Made by a program: the position numbers and the translations under genes. A model generated the notes under the pieces. The model did no database searches and had not been told where the DNA came from. It saw nothing but the letters and a program-made list of their open reading frames with translations. This document shows positions 9,907-18,540 of a DNA stretch of 31,836 bases, piece by piece. This DNA comes from a virus (lineage: Duplodnaviria; Caudoviricetes): the IMG/VR virus record IMGVR_UViG_3300043391_000065, positions 1-31,836 of that record, one strand, 5' to 3'. The stretch's first letter is position 1. The number at the start of each line of letters is the position of its first letter.

Positions 9907-9935
9907 AATATACTACAATTTGTGTTCATTGTCAA
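9907..9935 (-). promoter_or_regulatory. Sigma70-type promoter for gp55-47-46
   Basis: Minus strand TTGACA-N17-TATATT; -10 box ends 6 nt before the ATG at 9900. Confidence 0.75.
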
Positions 9936-9979
9936 TCACTTATCTAACTGTTGTTAAAAATTTTAAGTTCCAGGATTGG

Positions 9980-10007
9980 TTGACTTTTTCTCTTTTGTGT
10001 ATATAAT
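9980..10007 (+). promoter_or_regulatory. Near-consensus sigma70 promoter on the non-coding strand
   Basis: TTGACT-N16-TATAAT, divergent from the gp55 promoter; no plus-strand ORF follows. Confidence 0.5.
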
Positions 10008-10042
10008 AGGCGTGTAGCCTCTTTGATGGAGAATGCTCCAAG

Positions 10043-10450
10043 TTAATGGATGGTACCTTTAACATCTCTAAATTCGTCCCACAGTTTATTGAACTCATCA
10101 TTCTCATCTTCTGTTAATTCTTCTAGTTCCAATTCACTTCGTTTAGGTATTGTAATCTTTTCATACTTCTTAGATACCTCCAAGTAACTCTTTGTCATCT
10201 CGTCGGTCGCACTTGTAATTGTAACAATTTTATCTTTTGGAATAGTTATAATAGTATCATTAGTATAACTTGTCCATTTAATTAATGCGATATAATCTTT
10301 GAGACCTCTTGGCGTCAATTGTGATACATACTTAATTTGTAACGGCTTTTCTAAACGCAACAATGGTGTTCTTTCTGGCAATTGTTCTTTTGCCAAAGCA
10401 CAGATTATATCATCACCGTTAATTAGTTTTATTATTTTTATTTGATCCAT
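10043..10450 (-). CDS. Conserved T4-like hypothetical protein between uvsW and gp55 (possibly Sm-like fold)
   Basis: IKIIKLINGDDIIC N-terminus, acidic tail; usual position in aquatic T4-like genomes. Confidence 0.7.
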   Translation of the reverse strand: MDQIKIIKLINGDDIICALAKEQLPERTPLLRLEKPLQIKYVSQLTPRGLKDYIALIKWTSYTNDTIITIPKDKIVTITSATDEMTKSYLEVSKKYEKITIPKRSELELEELTEDENDEFNKLWDEFRDVKGTIH

Positions 10451-11927
10451 TGTTTAAATCTACGTTATGTATTTCGTAATTGAAGTTTTCACCAGTGTAT
10501 ATATTTATTCTTTCTCTAAAGTGTTGAAGTGTATAATTCTCTTTACCATTGTATGTAAGATCATCTGCTATATCATATAGAGTAGCGGCCGAATTATTAT
10601 CTTTTAAACGAAGGCCTCTACCAATAGACTGTAGATTTCTTATTCGGGATTTACTTGGACTTGCAAAAACGATATTATGTAAGTTTCTTATATTAATACC
10701 GGTACTAAACGTTCCGTAACTGGCGATTATAATCGCATTATCTGACTTCTCAGTTATAAATCTAATCTTTTCTCTTTCTTCGGCTTCCACACCACCATGA
10801 ACGAAAAATATCTTTCTATCCTCAGCTTTATCTTCTATAAGTTGTTTTAATATAACACCATGTTTTTCTACATATTGAAACAATACTAAAGAATTACCTT
10901 TTAAATCCAAACATAGATTACGTATATATTTGTTTCTCTTATCATTAGATACCAAGAAATCCATTTCTTCTTGATAACTTTTATCTTTTAAAAAGTGTTT
11001 TGAATATTGATCGTGTTGTAATACTAAACAGATAATTTTTAAATCCGCTAATTGTTTTTTCTCTTGTAGTTCAGTAGTTGATGTAACTTTGTTAACAGCA
11101 CCAAACAATCCTTCTAATACAAGTTTATTAGTTTTAGTACCATCTAAAGTACCTGTAAGACCTATTCTATATTTGCAATCTTCTAGTTTAGTCATTATCT
11201 TACTTAAAGAAACGGCCTTAAACAAATGACACTCATCTCCCATTACCACACCAAAAGATTTAAACCATTTCTTAGGCATATTATAGATTGATTGCCAAGT
11301 AGATATCACCACATTCTTATCGGTTTCTTTATCGTGGCCTTGATATATTCTATGAACATTTTTATCAGGATTCCAACCATAATCCTTAAAGTCCTTGAAT
11401 AACTGTTCAACTAAAGATGTAGTAGGTACTATAATTAATATCTTATTATTTGGTTTGTCTTTTAATCTCAATATATTAAATCTTACTAACATATAAACTA
11501 TCAATGATTTACCAGATGCTGTAGGAGACAATAATAAACAACGACTTTTTTGTAACGCATGTACAAAGGCCTGTTTCTGATAATCTCTTATTTCCATTGG
11601 TATTTTTAAGCCAGAAACAAATTTATCTACCAACTTTTTATCTACCTCTACATCTTTTATTTTGGTGCCATCAACCACTTGTATTTTATTGTCTTGACAC
11701 CACTTAACAACGTATGGATAAAGACCTGCAAATATTTGGCCAGTTGCATAAGAAAATAATCTTATTTTACCGTCCCAAAAACGATTTCTAAACTGAGGTG
11801 TAAATTTATAACCTGGTACCTCAAATGTAAAATATTCAGACAAATCTCTACGAATAGCATCTTCTGCTTCTATTTTAATATATACTTCGTTTTTTTTATC
11901 TATGATTATATATTTTGTAAGTGTCAT
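10419..11927 (-). CDS. uvsW: UvsW RNA-DNA/DNA helicase (start set to MTLTKY)
   Basis: WDGKIRLF, RDYQ, SPTASGKS, DECH, GLTGT, QSIGRGLR SF2 motifs. Confidence 0.96.
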   Translation of the reverse strand: MTLTKYIIIDKKNEVYIKIEAEDAIRRDLSEYFTFEVPGYKFTPQFRNRFWDGKIRLFSYATGQIFAGLYPYVVKWCQDNKIQVVDGTKIKDVEVDKKLVDKFVSGLKIPMEIRDYQKQAFVHALQKSRCLLLSPTASGKSLIVYMLVRFNILRLKDKPNNKILIIVPTTSLVEQLFKDFKDYGWNPDKNVHRIYQGHDKETDKNVVISTWQSIYNMPKKWFKSFGVVMGDECHLFKAVSLSKIMTKLEDCKYRIGLTGTLDGTKTNKLVLEGLFGAVNKVTSTTELQEKKQLADLKIICLVLQHDQYSKHFLKDKSYQEEMDFLVSNDKRNKYIRNLCLDLKGNSLVLFQYVEKHGVILKQLIEDKAEDRKIFFVHGGVEAEEREKIRFITEKSDNAIIIASYGTFSTGINIRNLHNIVFASPSKSRIRNLQSIGRGLRLKDNNSAATLYDIADDLTYNGKENYTLQHFRERINIYTGENFNYEIHNVDLNNGSNKNNKTN

Positions 11928-11929
11928 GG

Positions 11930-12496
11930 TTAAACAAATTGAGAACCAACTGCCCACCCCACCAATACTTTTCTTGTACCAAACGTAACAGGATTTACTT
12001 TATGCCACACAAAAGAAGGAAATGATATTAATGTTCCAGTAGTAAACTTGTCTTTAAATTTTGTATTAATATGTTTCAAAGGATTTGGATTTGGGTTTGA
12101 TATTTCAAATTCACCTCCTTCATAATCTTCATTTAAACACAATGTAAAACTTAATTTTCTTATCATACCATTAGGATAAACATAAGGATGTGAATCTATA
12201 TGCCAATCGTAATGGTCATCAACATTATAAACAGTATATTGCAAAGGTTCAAATTCTTTAATGTTAAAATTCCACTTAGCACTTTTATTGTGTTCATCAA
12301 GAACTGTCCTTAAAGTTTGATTTAAATTATCATCATTTAAAAAAACTACTTTAGAATTTCTAATTTTTTTATTGCCTAGTTTTGAATCCAACTCAGCCAA
12401 TGCCAAAGCATTTTTTTCAGCAAGTGTAATGATGTTATTACAAAAAGATTTATCAAAACGAGCAATAGAGATACAATGAGCATTTTCTAGGTACAT
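11930..12496 (-). CDS. 2OG-Fe(II) oxygenase, prolyl-hydroxylase-like (start set to MYLENA, TAATG-coupled to uvsY)
   Basis: YDWHID (HxD), RKLSFT, YEGGEF, FPSFVWHKVNPVTFGTRKVLVGW. Confidence 0.9.
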   Translation of the reverse strand: MYLENAHCISIARFDKSFCNNIITLAEKNALALAELDSKLGNKKIRNSKVVFLNDDNLNQTLRTVLDEHNKSAKWNFNIKEFEPLQYTVYNVDDHYDWHIDSHPYVYPNGMIRKLSFTLCLNEDYEGGEFEISNPNPNPLKHINTKFKDKFTTGTLISFPSFVWHKVNPVTFGTRKVLVGWAVGSQFV

Positions 12497-12924
12497 TAAA
12501 TGGCTCCAGAAGTAAATCTTTTCCACTCAATTGCATTTTTAATAACGTATGTTCTATTAACTATAATTCTTAATGTTCTGTCCAAAAAATCCACAACGGT
12601 ATTTAAATAGGCCACCTTTTGTGTTAACTTTTGTATATCCTCATCAGCTTCAATATACTTGTCTATGTCTGTTTTTAATATTTTAAAATTGAAAGGTTTT
12701 AATTGATAGACCTGAGGAGAGGCTTTACCTGTATAATATTCCCACTTATCACGTTTTATAATTCTCAACTCATCTTCCGTACGTGTCAAAAGTAACTTAA
12801 ACTTTGTATAGTGTTTTAAATATTTATTATGTAATTGTGGCGTCTTTAAAGATTCTAAATCTAATTCAATATCATTTATCTTTAAATCTTTATCGGCTTC
12901 TAATTGTAATTGTTCTAAATCCAT
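12496..12924 (-). CDS. uvsY: UvsY recombination mediator
   Basis: LDLESLKTPQLHNKYL, KWEYYTGK, IKNAIEWKRF; position between gp3 and uvsW. Confidence 0.92.
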   Translation of the reverse strand: MDLEQLQLEADKDLKINDIELDLESLKTPQLHNKYLKHYTKFKLLLTRTEDELRIIKRDKWEYYTGKASPQVYQLKPFNFKILKTDIDKYIEADEDIQKLTQKVAYLNTVVDFLDRTLRIIVNRTYVIKNAIEWKRFTSGAI

Positions 12925-12930
12925 TATATT

Positions 12931-12959
12931 AATATATCACAAAATTAACAAAAAATCAA
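12931..12959 (-). promoter_or_regulatory. Sigma70-type promoter for the uvsY operon
   Basis: Minus strand TTGATT-N17-TATATT with TG extension; -10 box ends 6 nt before the ATG. Confidence 0.65.
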
Positions 12960-12962
12960 GTA

Positions 12963-13565
12963 CTATTGGGAACCTATAGTTGCAAATTCGTAGATTTTAT
13001 ACTTAAAAGAAACTTCTGCTGTTAAATATTGTACGTCTGTTGCTTGTTGATTATAGTTTAAACCACTCAATGATACAGGAAACATATCACTAAATCTTAC
13101 TTCTGAAACAGGATTATTCTTATTAGTAAGTATAGTTAAAGTTGCGTCGGAGTACGTTCCTCCTGCACTAGGAGCGGCATATCTAATCTTTCCAATCTCT
13201 GTGCTAACACCACCTCTGCTAGTCGGAAAACGATCTGAACCTGAATTAGAAAGGTCTTGATATTGTTTATGTTCTTTAGGAAAACCAAGACCAGTTAACC
13301 AATTATGTATCTCTTGGTAATTAATTAAATTTTCATCTACCATAAATGTCATAGTTAAATCAGCATAAGATAGATTTTCGCCAGGTAAAGGTATGTCCCT
13401 TAAAGGAGTTAATTGAGTTACAGAACCCAAAGTAATGCCAGGAATATTAACAGCTGTGCAAAAGTACTCTACTTTTGGTAGTTTAATTATATTAAATTTA
13501 AACTGTGTGGGACTAGCATAATCTATTTTAGTTGGTTGTCTGTCTAATGAGTTAATGGTTGTCAT
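12963..13565 (-). CDS. gp3: gp3 tail completion / tube terminator protein
   Basis: YASPTQFKF, VEYFC..VNIPGI, VDENLINYQEIHNW, FPVSLSGL; downstream of gp23. Confidence 0.9.
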   Translation of the reverse strand: MTTINSLDRQPTKIDYASPTQFKFNIIKLPKVEYFCTAVNIPGITLGSVTQLTPLRDIPLPGENLSYADLTMTFMVDENLINYQEIHNWLTGLGFPKEHKQYQDLSNSGSDRFPTSRGGVSTEIGKIRYAAPSAGGTYSDATLTILTNKNNPVSEVRFSDMFPVSLSGLNYNQQATDVQYLTAEVSFKYKIYEFATIGSQ

Positions 13566-13570
13566 GGTAC

Positions 13571-13578
13571 TATTTATA
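13571..13578 (-). promoter_or_regulatory. T4 late promoter (gp3)
   Basis: TATAAATA on the minus strand, 5 nt before the ATG. Confidence 0.85.
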
Positions 13579-13591
13579 TGATATTTTAACC

Positions 13592-13627
13592 AAAAAAAAA
13601 AGAGACGGTTGTTTAGACCGTCTCTTT
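13592..13627 (-). terminator. Rho-independent terminator after gp23
   Basis: Minus strand AAAGAGACGGT-ctaaaca-ACCGTCTCTTT followed by a long U run. Confidence 0.9.
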
Positions 13628-13656
13628 AATTGTGTTACTAAGAAGTAACAAGTAGA

Positions 13657-15000
13657 TTACATTAAGTTAGCTACTTGAACTTTTCTGTAGTATCTGTTTG
13701 CGTTAGCAGATCCTGCACCATTGATAACCGCAGTTGCAGTTGAAGCACCAGCTTCAGCAAATGGGTTAGCTTGGATACCGTATCGAGTTTTAAATCCGAT
13801 TTTCGGTTGGAACGTGTCTTGACCAACAGCTCTCACCATTTGAAGTGGAACGTATGGGCAATAGAATATACCGGCATCGTACTGAGACGAACCTTTATAT
13901 CCAACTACAAAGTATTGTTTAGCTGTTGAGTTTGCTGAATATGGATCGATATAAACTTTATATCTACCATTTAAAATACCAGCAAATGTGTTACCTGTGT
14001 CATCAACATTTAAATTGTTGTTTAACGCAGGAGCGTAATCTAATACACCAGCCATTTGTAAAGCAGAAGCAACATCACTTGACGTAATCAAGATGTTACC
14101 TTTTCCTCTACGTGTTCTTTGTGCGATTGAGTTTGCTTCTCTTTCAACTTGGAACATTAAACCTTTGAATCTTTCAACAGACCAACGACCATTTGAGTCA
14201 GTGTCTAAATCGAAAATTCCAGCAGTTGTTACGTTACCAGTTTGAGCACCTTTTTCTGAATTGATGTAAATAGTTCTTACGATTTCTCTATTGATTTCCG
14301 CAAGGATTTCAGCAGATAAAATATTCGCAAGTTCTGTTTCAGCATCTAAACCATGGATAGCTTTTAAATCTTGGGCTAATTCCATAGTGTATTCAGCTTT
14401 CAGAGCTCTTGATTTAGCAGTTACAGTCGATTTCTCGATTGAAAATGCCATTTCAGCAAAGCTATTTCCAGCAGCATCACCTAGTGCTTCAGCAGCAGCA
14501 GTTGACATTCCTGTTCCAGTTGTATAAGTGCCAGCAGGGCTGTCATTTAATAAACCTGGATTAGTTCCTGAATCAGCAGTAGATGAGAATCCACCTGTTG
14601 AAGAACCAGCAGCGTTTCTTCCTGAGAAGTCTGTGTCCGCAGCATCGAATAATGCTTCAGCAGCAGCAGCTTGTGAACTGTATTTTGCTCTCATAGCGAA
14701 GATTAGTCCAGTTGGACCAGTCATTGGTTGTACACCGCAAATATCATATGCGATTAGATTCGGCATTGCTCTTCTTACTAAAGAGATCATAATTGGATCC
14801 CAGTTTTGAACGTAAGAAGCATCTGTAGAGTTCTGCGGAGCAGACTCAGACATAAATGCTCTATCTTCTTTAATTGCTCTTTCTTGGTTTTCCAAGATAA
14901 CAGCGGTAACCGCTCTCTTATAACTATCCGTTACTTTTGGGAGTTCAGGATGTTCAAGAATCGGTTGCCATTTTTTAACTAATTGTTCAGATAAGTACAT
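13657..15000 (-). CDS. gp23: gp23 major capsid protein
   Basis: LVRRAMPNLIAYDICGVQPMTGPTGLIFAMR, SRALKAEYTMELAQDLKAIHGLDAE, FQPKIGFKTRYG. Confidence 0.98.
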   Translation of the reverse strand: MYLSEQLVKKWQPILEHPELPKVTDSYKRAVTAVILENQERAIKEDRAFMSESAPQNSTDASYVQNWDPIMISLVRRAMPNLIAYDICGVQPMTGPTGLIFAMRAKYSSQAAAAEALFDAADTDFSGRNAAGSSTGGFSSTADSGTNPGLLNDSPAGTYTTGTGMSTAAAEALGDAAGNSFAEMAFSIEKSTVTAKSRALKAEYTMELAQDLKAIHGLDAETELANILSAEILAEINREIVRTIYINSEKGAQTGNVTTAGIFDLDTDSNGRWSVERFKGLMFQVEREANSIAQRTRRGKGNILITSSDVASALQMAGVLDYAPALNNNLNVDDTGNTFAGILNGRYKVYIDPYSANSTAKQYFVVGYKGSSQYDAGIFYCPYVPLQMVRAVGQDTFQPKIGFKTRYGIQANPFAEAGASTATAVINGAGSANANRYYRKVQVANLM

Positions 15001-15017
15001 ATCTTTTTTTTCTCCCT

Positions 15018-16073
15018 TTATTTTTTAAAACTCAAATTAATTGAGTCTTTTGTTTTACTGATAGCGGCCGCATAAGCAGTCATAGAAGATGACAATTCAA
15101 CGTTAGTTGTTTCGCCTTCGGCAACGTTATCTATTCCACCCTTAGATGAAATTTCTTTTGTTGTAAAGTATGACTCTTTAATAGTCGATACTTTATTTTT
15201 AAACTCTGTAGCATTAGAGTATTCAATTTCTTCTGCTAACTTATTAAACTTTTCTTTATTTGTATCTGTTAATCCAGATGCAACATCAGCAATTATATCT
15301 TTTCTAGTAAGTTTGCCGATTTCAGAATTTAGTTTAACGTTAGACTCGATTTGCTCGTTCAATTTCTTGTTAAGCTCTTCGATTTTAGAAGCTTGATCTT
15401 CTAACACGTCATATTTTTCGTCTGGTACATTTATGTAATGATCTTCAAATAATTTTTTAAGACCAGTAATAAAGTCCTCAGCGATTTCGCCTTTAATGCC
15501 TCTTTCAACAGCGATCTCGTTTGATTTCATCCATTCTTCAACTACGTAGTTTAAGTATGAATCAACTTTTTCAACAAGTTCTGCTTTAGTAGCATCAAGT
15601 TCTGATTTAAGTTTAGAAGCATATTCTACTTCTACTTTTGCTTTTTCCTCTTTAAGTCTTGACTTAACAGCGGCTTCAAAAATAGTTTTAGCTTTTGCTT
15701 TAAATTCTTCAGTTAATTTTTCGTCTCCGATTAATGCTTTAACATCATCAGATAGATCCATTTCTTTTTCTTCTACTTTTAATGTTTCACCAGGAGTTGC
15801 AACTTTAGTAACACCAGCTTCTGTATCTGATTTTTTACTAGCGTCAACATCCGCAGCTTTTGCGTTTTGAGCATCTGAAACTTTTTTATTATTTTTTGTA
15901 GAATCTGGAAGCGTGTCCGAAGGACTAGTAACAGCAGCACCTAAATCTTCTGCATCATTTTTAAGATGAGTTGGTTCAGCCGCTACAGCGTTTTTCTTTG
16001 GAGCATCAGCGACAGTTGTAGCTTCTGCTTCAACTATTGTTTGCTTCGTTTCTACATTGTTTTCTGTAGCCAT
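15018..16073 (-). CDS. gp22: gp22 prohead core scaffolding protein
   Basis: EEFKAKAKTIFEAAV, KVDSYLNYVVEEW, LFEDHYI; between gp21 and gp23. Confidence 0.94.
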   Translation of the reverse strand: MATENNVETKQTIVEAEATTVADAPKKNAVAAEPTHLKNDAEDLGAAVTSPSDTLPDSTKNNKKVSDAQNAKAADVDASKKSDTEAGVTKVATPGETLKVEEKEMDLSDDVKALIGDEKLTEEFKAKAKTIFEAAVKSRLKEEKAKVEVEYASKLKSELDATKAELVEKVDSYLNYVVEEWMKSNEIAVERGIKGEIAEDFITGLKKLFEDHYINVPDEKYDVLEDQASKIEELNKKLNEQIESNVKLNSEIGKLTRKDIIADVASGLTDTNKEKFNKLAEEIEYSNATEFKNKVSTIKESYFTTKEISSKGGIDNVAEGETTNVELSSSMTAYAAAISKTKDSINLSFKK

Positions 16074-16129
16074 TTGATAAATCTCCTTTATTTTTTAATT
16101 CGAATTAAAAATATCTCTTTTTATAGTGA

Positions 16130-16137
16130 TATTTATA
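16130..16137 (-). promoter_or_regulatory. T4 late promoter (gp22-23)
   Basis: TATAAATA, minus strand, intergenic. Confidence 0.85.
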
Positions 16138-16153
16138 ATTGTTATGTTTTCTA

Positions 16154-16801
16154 TTATAATTTACTTAAAAAATCCTTGAATACACTTGCTTTTTTCTCAG
16201 CTAATTCAATTCTTTTTGTCTTAATTAGTTCTTGTTTCCATGCGGCAACGTCTTGTTCCACAAGGATTCCATTGTTCCAAACCCATTCTTTTCCTTCCAT
16301 AATGCCTTCTACGAAAGCATCTGGAGCAGATGGATCTGCCACAATGTCAGCGGCCGTAGCTAAGTAGAAATCTTCTCCTACATAGTGATGGCCATTTTTT
16401 TGTACTAAGGAACCCATACCTCTTGATGAAACACCAAGTTTAGCACCCTCATCAATAAGATTTTTTACGATCTTACCGTATGGAGTATCCATAATTTTTG
16501 CTTCACCGATATAGTTTTTTCCTTCTGGATATAACTTTTTAATCATGTGAGATACTCTCTCTAAATTAACAGTTGGTCCTTCTGGATGACCTAGTTCGCC
16601 GAATGCTCTATTTTTATTGATAAATTCTTTATTGTATCTAGTAACTTCTTTATGAAGTACGTTGGTTGGATACACTCTACCGTTACGGTTTTTAATATCT
16701 CCTTGTAAAAAGATACCTTTAATTGAATAGTTTTTCTTACCACCGTCAACTTCTTCTATAATGTATTGAGCGTCGTTTATTTCTTCTCTAATTAGTCTCA
16801 T
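16154..16801 (-). CDS. gp21: gp21 prohead protease
   Basis: NRNGRVYP, GELGHP, GVSSRGMGS, DIVADPSAPDAFV. Confidence 0.96.
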   Translation of the reverse strand: MRLIREEINDAQYIIEEVDGGKKNYSIKGIFLQGDIKNRNGRVYPTNVLHKEVTRYNKEFINKNRAFGELGHPEGPTVNLERVSHMIKKLYPEGKNYIGEAKIMDTPYGKIVKNLIDEGAKLGVSSRGMGSLVQKNGHHYVGEDFYLATAADIVADPSAPDAFVEGIMEGKEWVWNNGILVEQDVAAWKQELIKTKRIELAEKKASVFKDFLSKL

Positions 16802-16822
16802 TTTTCCCTCTTAGTTACTTAC

Positions 16823-16830
16823 TATTTATA
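16823..16830 (-). promoter_or_regulatory. T4 late promoter (gp21)
   Basis: TATAAATA, minus strand, intergenic. Confidence 0.85.
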
Positions 16831-16836
16831 CAAATA

Positions 16837-17772
16837 TTAACTTCTCGGTGATCCAACGGCATGTGCTTTTACACCACCACTTACAAGTAAAACATAATCG
16901 CTTGGAGATTTTTCAATAGTTACTGAATCTCCAATACTATGTAAATAAAATTCTCCTAAAGTTCCACCATTTTCATTTGTTACACGTACTGTAGTTGTAT
17001 TTGAAGTTGCTGTACAATGTACAAAATGAGCTCTATCGACATTATACGTACTTGCATTACCTCCTGCTATAGGTATTTCTGCAGCTGTAAATGTACTAGG
17101 CCAAGTTGCTTCCCAAGGAAAATCTCCACCGCCAGAAGCTTCAGCAAGTGTACCGTTATTTGTATTAGTATAAAACCAATTTGTTCCGTTCCAAAATACA
17201 CGTTCATCTCCTGCATTATAATCCATTTTTAAATTGAAAGTACCTGTAGGAATTAATGTTCTAAAAGGAGTTCCACCAACACCTCCTGAAGAAGGATCTC
17301 CTGGAGTATTATACCATCCGCCCATCAACACTGAAGAAGTAGCTTTGGTGCTTATATTAAAAATAGTTCCAACTGGATAAGTAGAAACATTAAGTTGATT
17401 AGGACCGATACCTTGTATAGATACAGAATCTTGTGTACTAAGAGTCCAAATATCCGCACTTGCATCTAAAGGTCCAAGAGAATTATTTGAGGCTATTGGA
17501 TAAATTAATCTGTTAAAAGGAGTACCACTTGCAGGAGTAAAAGTCCAAATAAGTTCAAGATTTCCTAAAGCTATTATAGAATTAATATAAGCATCAATAG
17601 GTCCATTATCTTTTCTAAATGCAACACCACTACCATAAGCATCATAATTAAAAGAACCAACAGCTACTGTGTAATTACTTGCTTCAGTAAAACTAGCTAA
17701 AGTTGGAGATAATGACAAAGTTGTCAAATCACCTACAACACCTTTTGATATAAAAGTTGATGTGTCTGACAT
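16837..17772 (-). CDS. Putative head-associated structural protein; paralogue of the next gene with a large insertion
   Basis: G/S/T-rich beta-type sequence; both termini align with the 83-aa neighbour (both end AVGSPRS). Confidence 0.65.
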   Translation of the reverse strand: MSDTSTFISKGVVGDLTTLSLSPTLASFTEASNYTVAVGSFNYDAYGSGVAFRKDNGPIDAYINSIIALGNLELIWTFTPASGTPFNRLIYPIASNNSLGPLDASADIWTLSTQDSVSIQGIGPNQLNVSTYPVGTIFNISTKATSSVLMGGWYNTPGDPSSGGVGGTPFRTLIPTGTFNLKMDYNAGDERVFWNGTNWFYTNTNNGTLAEASGGGDFPWEATWPSTFTAAEIPIAGGNASTYNVDRAHFVHCTATSNTTTVRVTNENGGTLGEFYLHSIGDSVTIEKSPSDYVLLVSGGVKAHAVGSPRS

Positions 17773-17780
17773 TTTGTATA

Positions 17781-18032
17781 TTAACTTCTTGGAGAACCGA
17801 CAGCACTAACTTTACCAGCAGATAATGTTATAGTGTCTGATGGTGCTTTTTCAACACAAACTGAATCACCAGCTAATGCTAAATAAATTTCTCCTAATGT
17901 ATTAGTATCAACGTCTTTTACTATAACAGTTTGTGCAGTTGATGTTGCCACACAATAAACAAATTGTGCTGATCCTATATCATTATCACTTGGATTAGTT
18001 ACCAATGCGCCTTTAGCAATATATGTTGCCAT
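17781..18032 (-). CDS. Small beta-rich hypothetical protein in the head cluster (possible decoration protein)
   Basis: SD GGAG upstream; lies between gp67 and gp21; shares motifs with 16837..17772. Confidence 0.7.
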   Translation of the reverse strand: MATYIAKGALVTNPSDNDIGSAQFVYCVATSTAQTVIVKDVDTNTLGEIYLALAGDSVCVEKAPSDTITLSAGKVSAVGSPRS

Positions 18033-18033
18033 T

Positions 18034-18282
18034 TTATTTTACTCCTAATTGTTCGTTTATTTCTTTTTCAAAATAACAATACAAATCATGTTGATTTACA
18101 TTGTGTGATTTACAAACTTTTTCTACCGAATTTTCAAATCTTTTTATAATATCTTTTTGATTATTATCTATATTTTTAATGAGATCCTTAACAGCCTCTT
18201 TTAAAAGAGGTGATAATTCTTTGTAGGATTTTGAATCCAAAAGAGTAGTTTCTCTTAATATATTACTGACTTTGTTTTTCAT
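18034..18282 (-). CDS. Hypothetical protein in the gp68 position (start set to MKNKVS)
   Basis: Helical 82-aa ORF tightly packed between the gp67-like gene and the 83-aa gene; the longer start overlaps gp67 by 100 nt. Confidence 0.6.
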   Translation of the reverse strand: MKNKVSNILRETTLLDSKSYKELSPLLKEAVKDLIKNIDNNQKDIIKRFENSVEKVCKSHNVNQHDLYCYFEKEINEQLGVK

Positions 18283-18496
18283 CAACAACAGGTTCCGTTC
18301 TAGGTGCAGGAGATAAAACTTCAGGTTTAGCATCACTATGTGGTTGTGCTTGAAACAACACACTAGCTAATTCTTTTCTTTTAGCTTCTAAAGCATCACC
18401 TACTTTATCTCTTAAAGCGTCTTTAAAAGCCTCACCAGCTTCAGCCGCTTGTCCTAATGACAATTTGTCAATAAAATTTTTAACTTGTTCACTCAT
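18263..18496 (-). CDS. gp67: gp67-like prohead core protein
   Basis: Small helical protein (AGEAFKDALRDKVGDALEAKRKELA) directly after portal; SD GAGG and a late promoter upstream. Confidence 0.7.
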   Translation of the reverse strand: MSEQVKNFIDKLSLGQAAEAGEAFKDALRDKVGDALEAKRKELASVLFQAQPHSDAKPEVLSPAPRTEPVVDEKQSQ

Positions 18497-18514
18497 AATT
18501 TCCTCACTTTCTAC

Positions 18515-18522
18515 TATTTATA
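18515..18522 (-). promoter_or_regulatory. T4 late promoter (gp67 cluster)
   Basis: TATAAATA, minus strand, intergenic. Confidence 0.85.
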
Positions 18523-18540
18523 TGTTTAAATACTTATATT

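Noticed and set aside
18283-18363. Cys/His-containing N-terminal extension MCCFKHNH of the 18034..18363 ORF
   Set aside because: Overlaps the gp67-like gene in another frame; the ATG at 18282 is more plausible.
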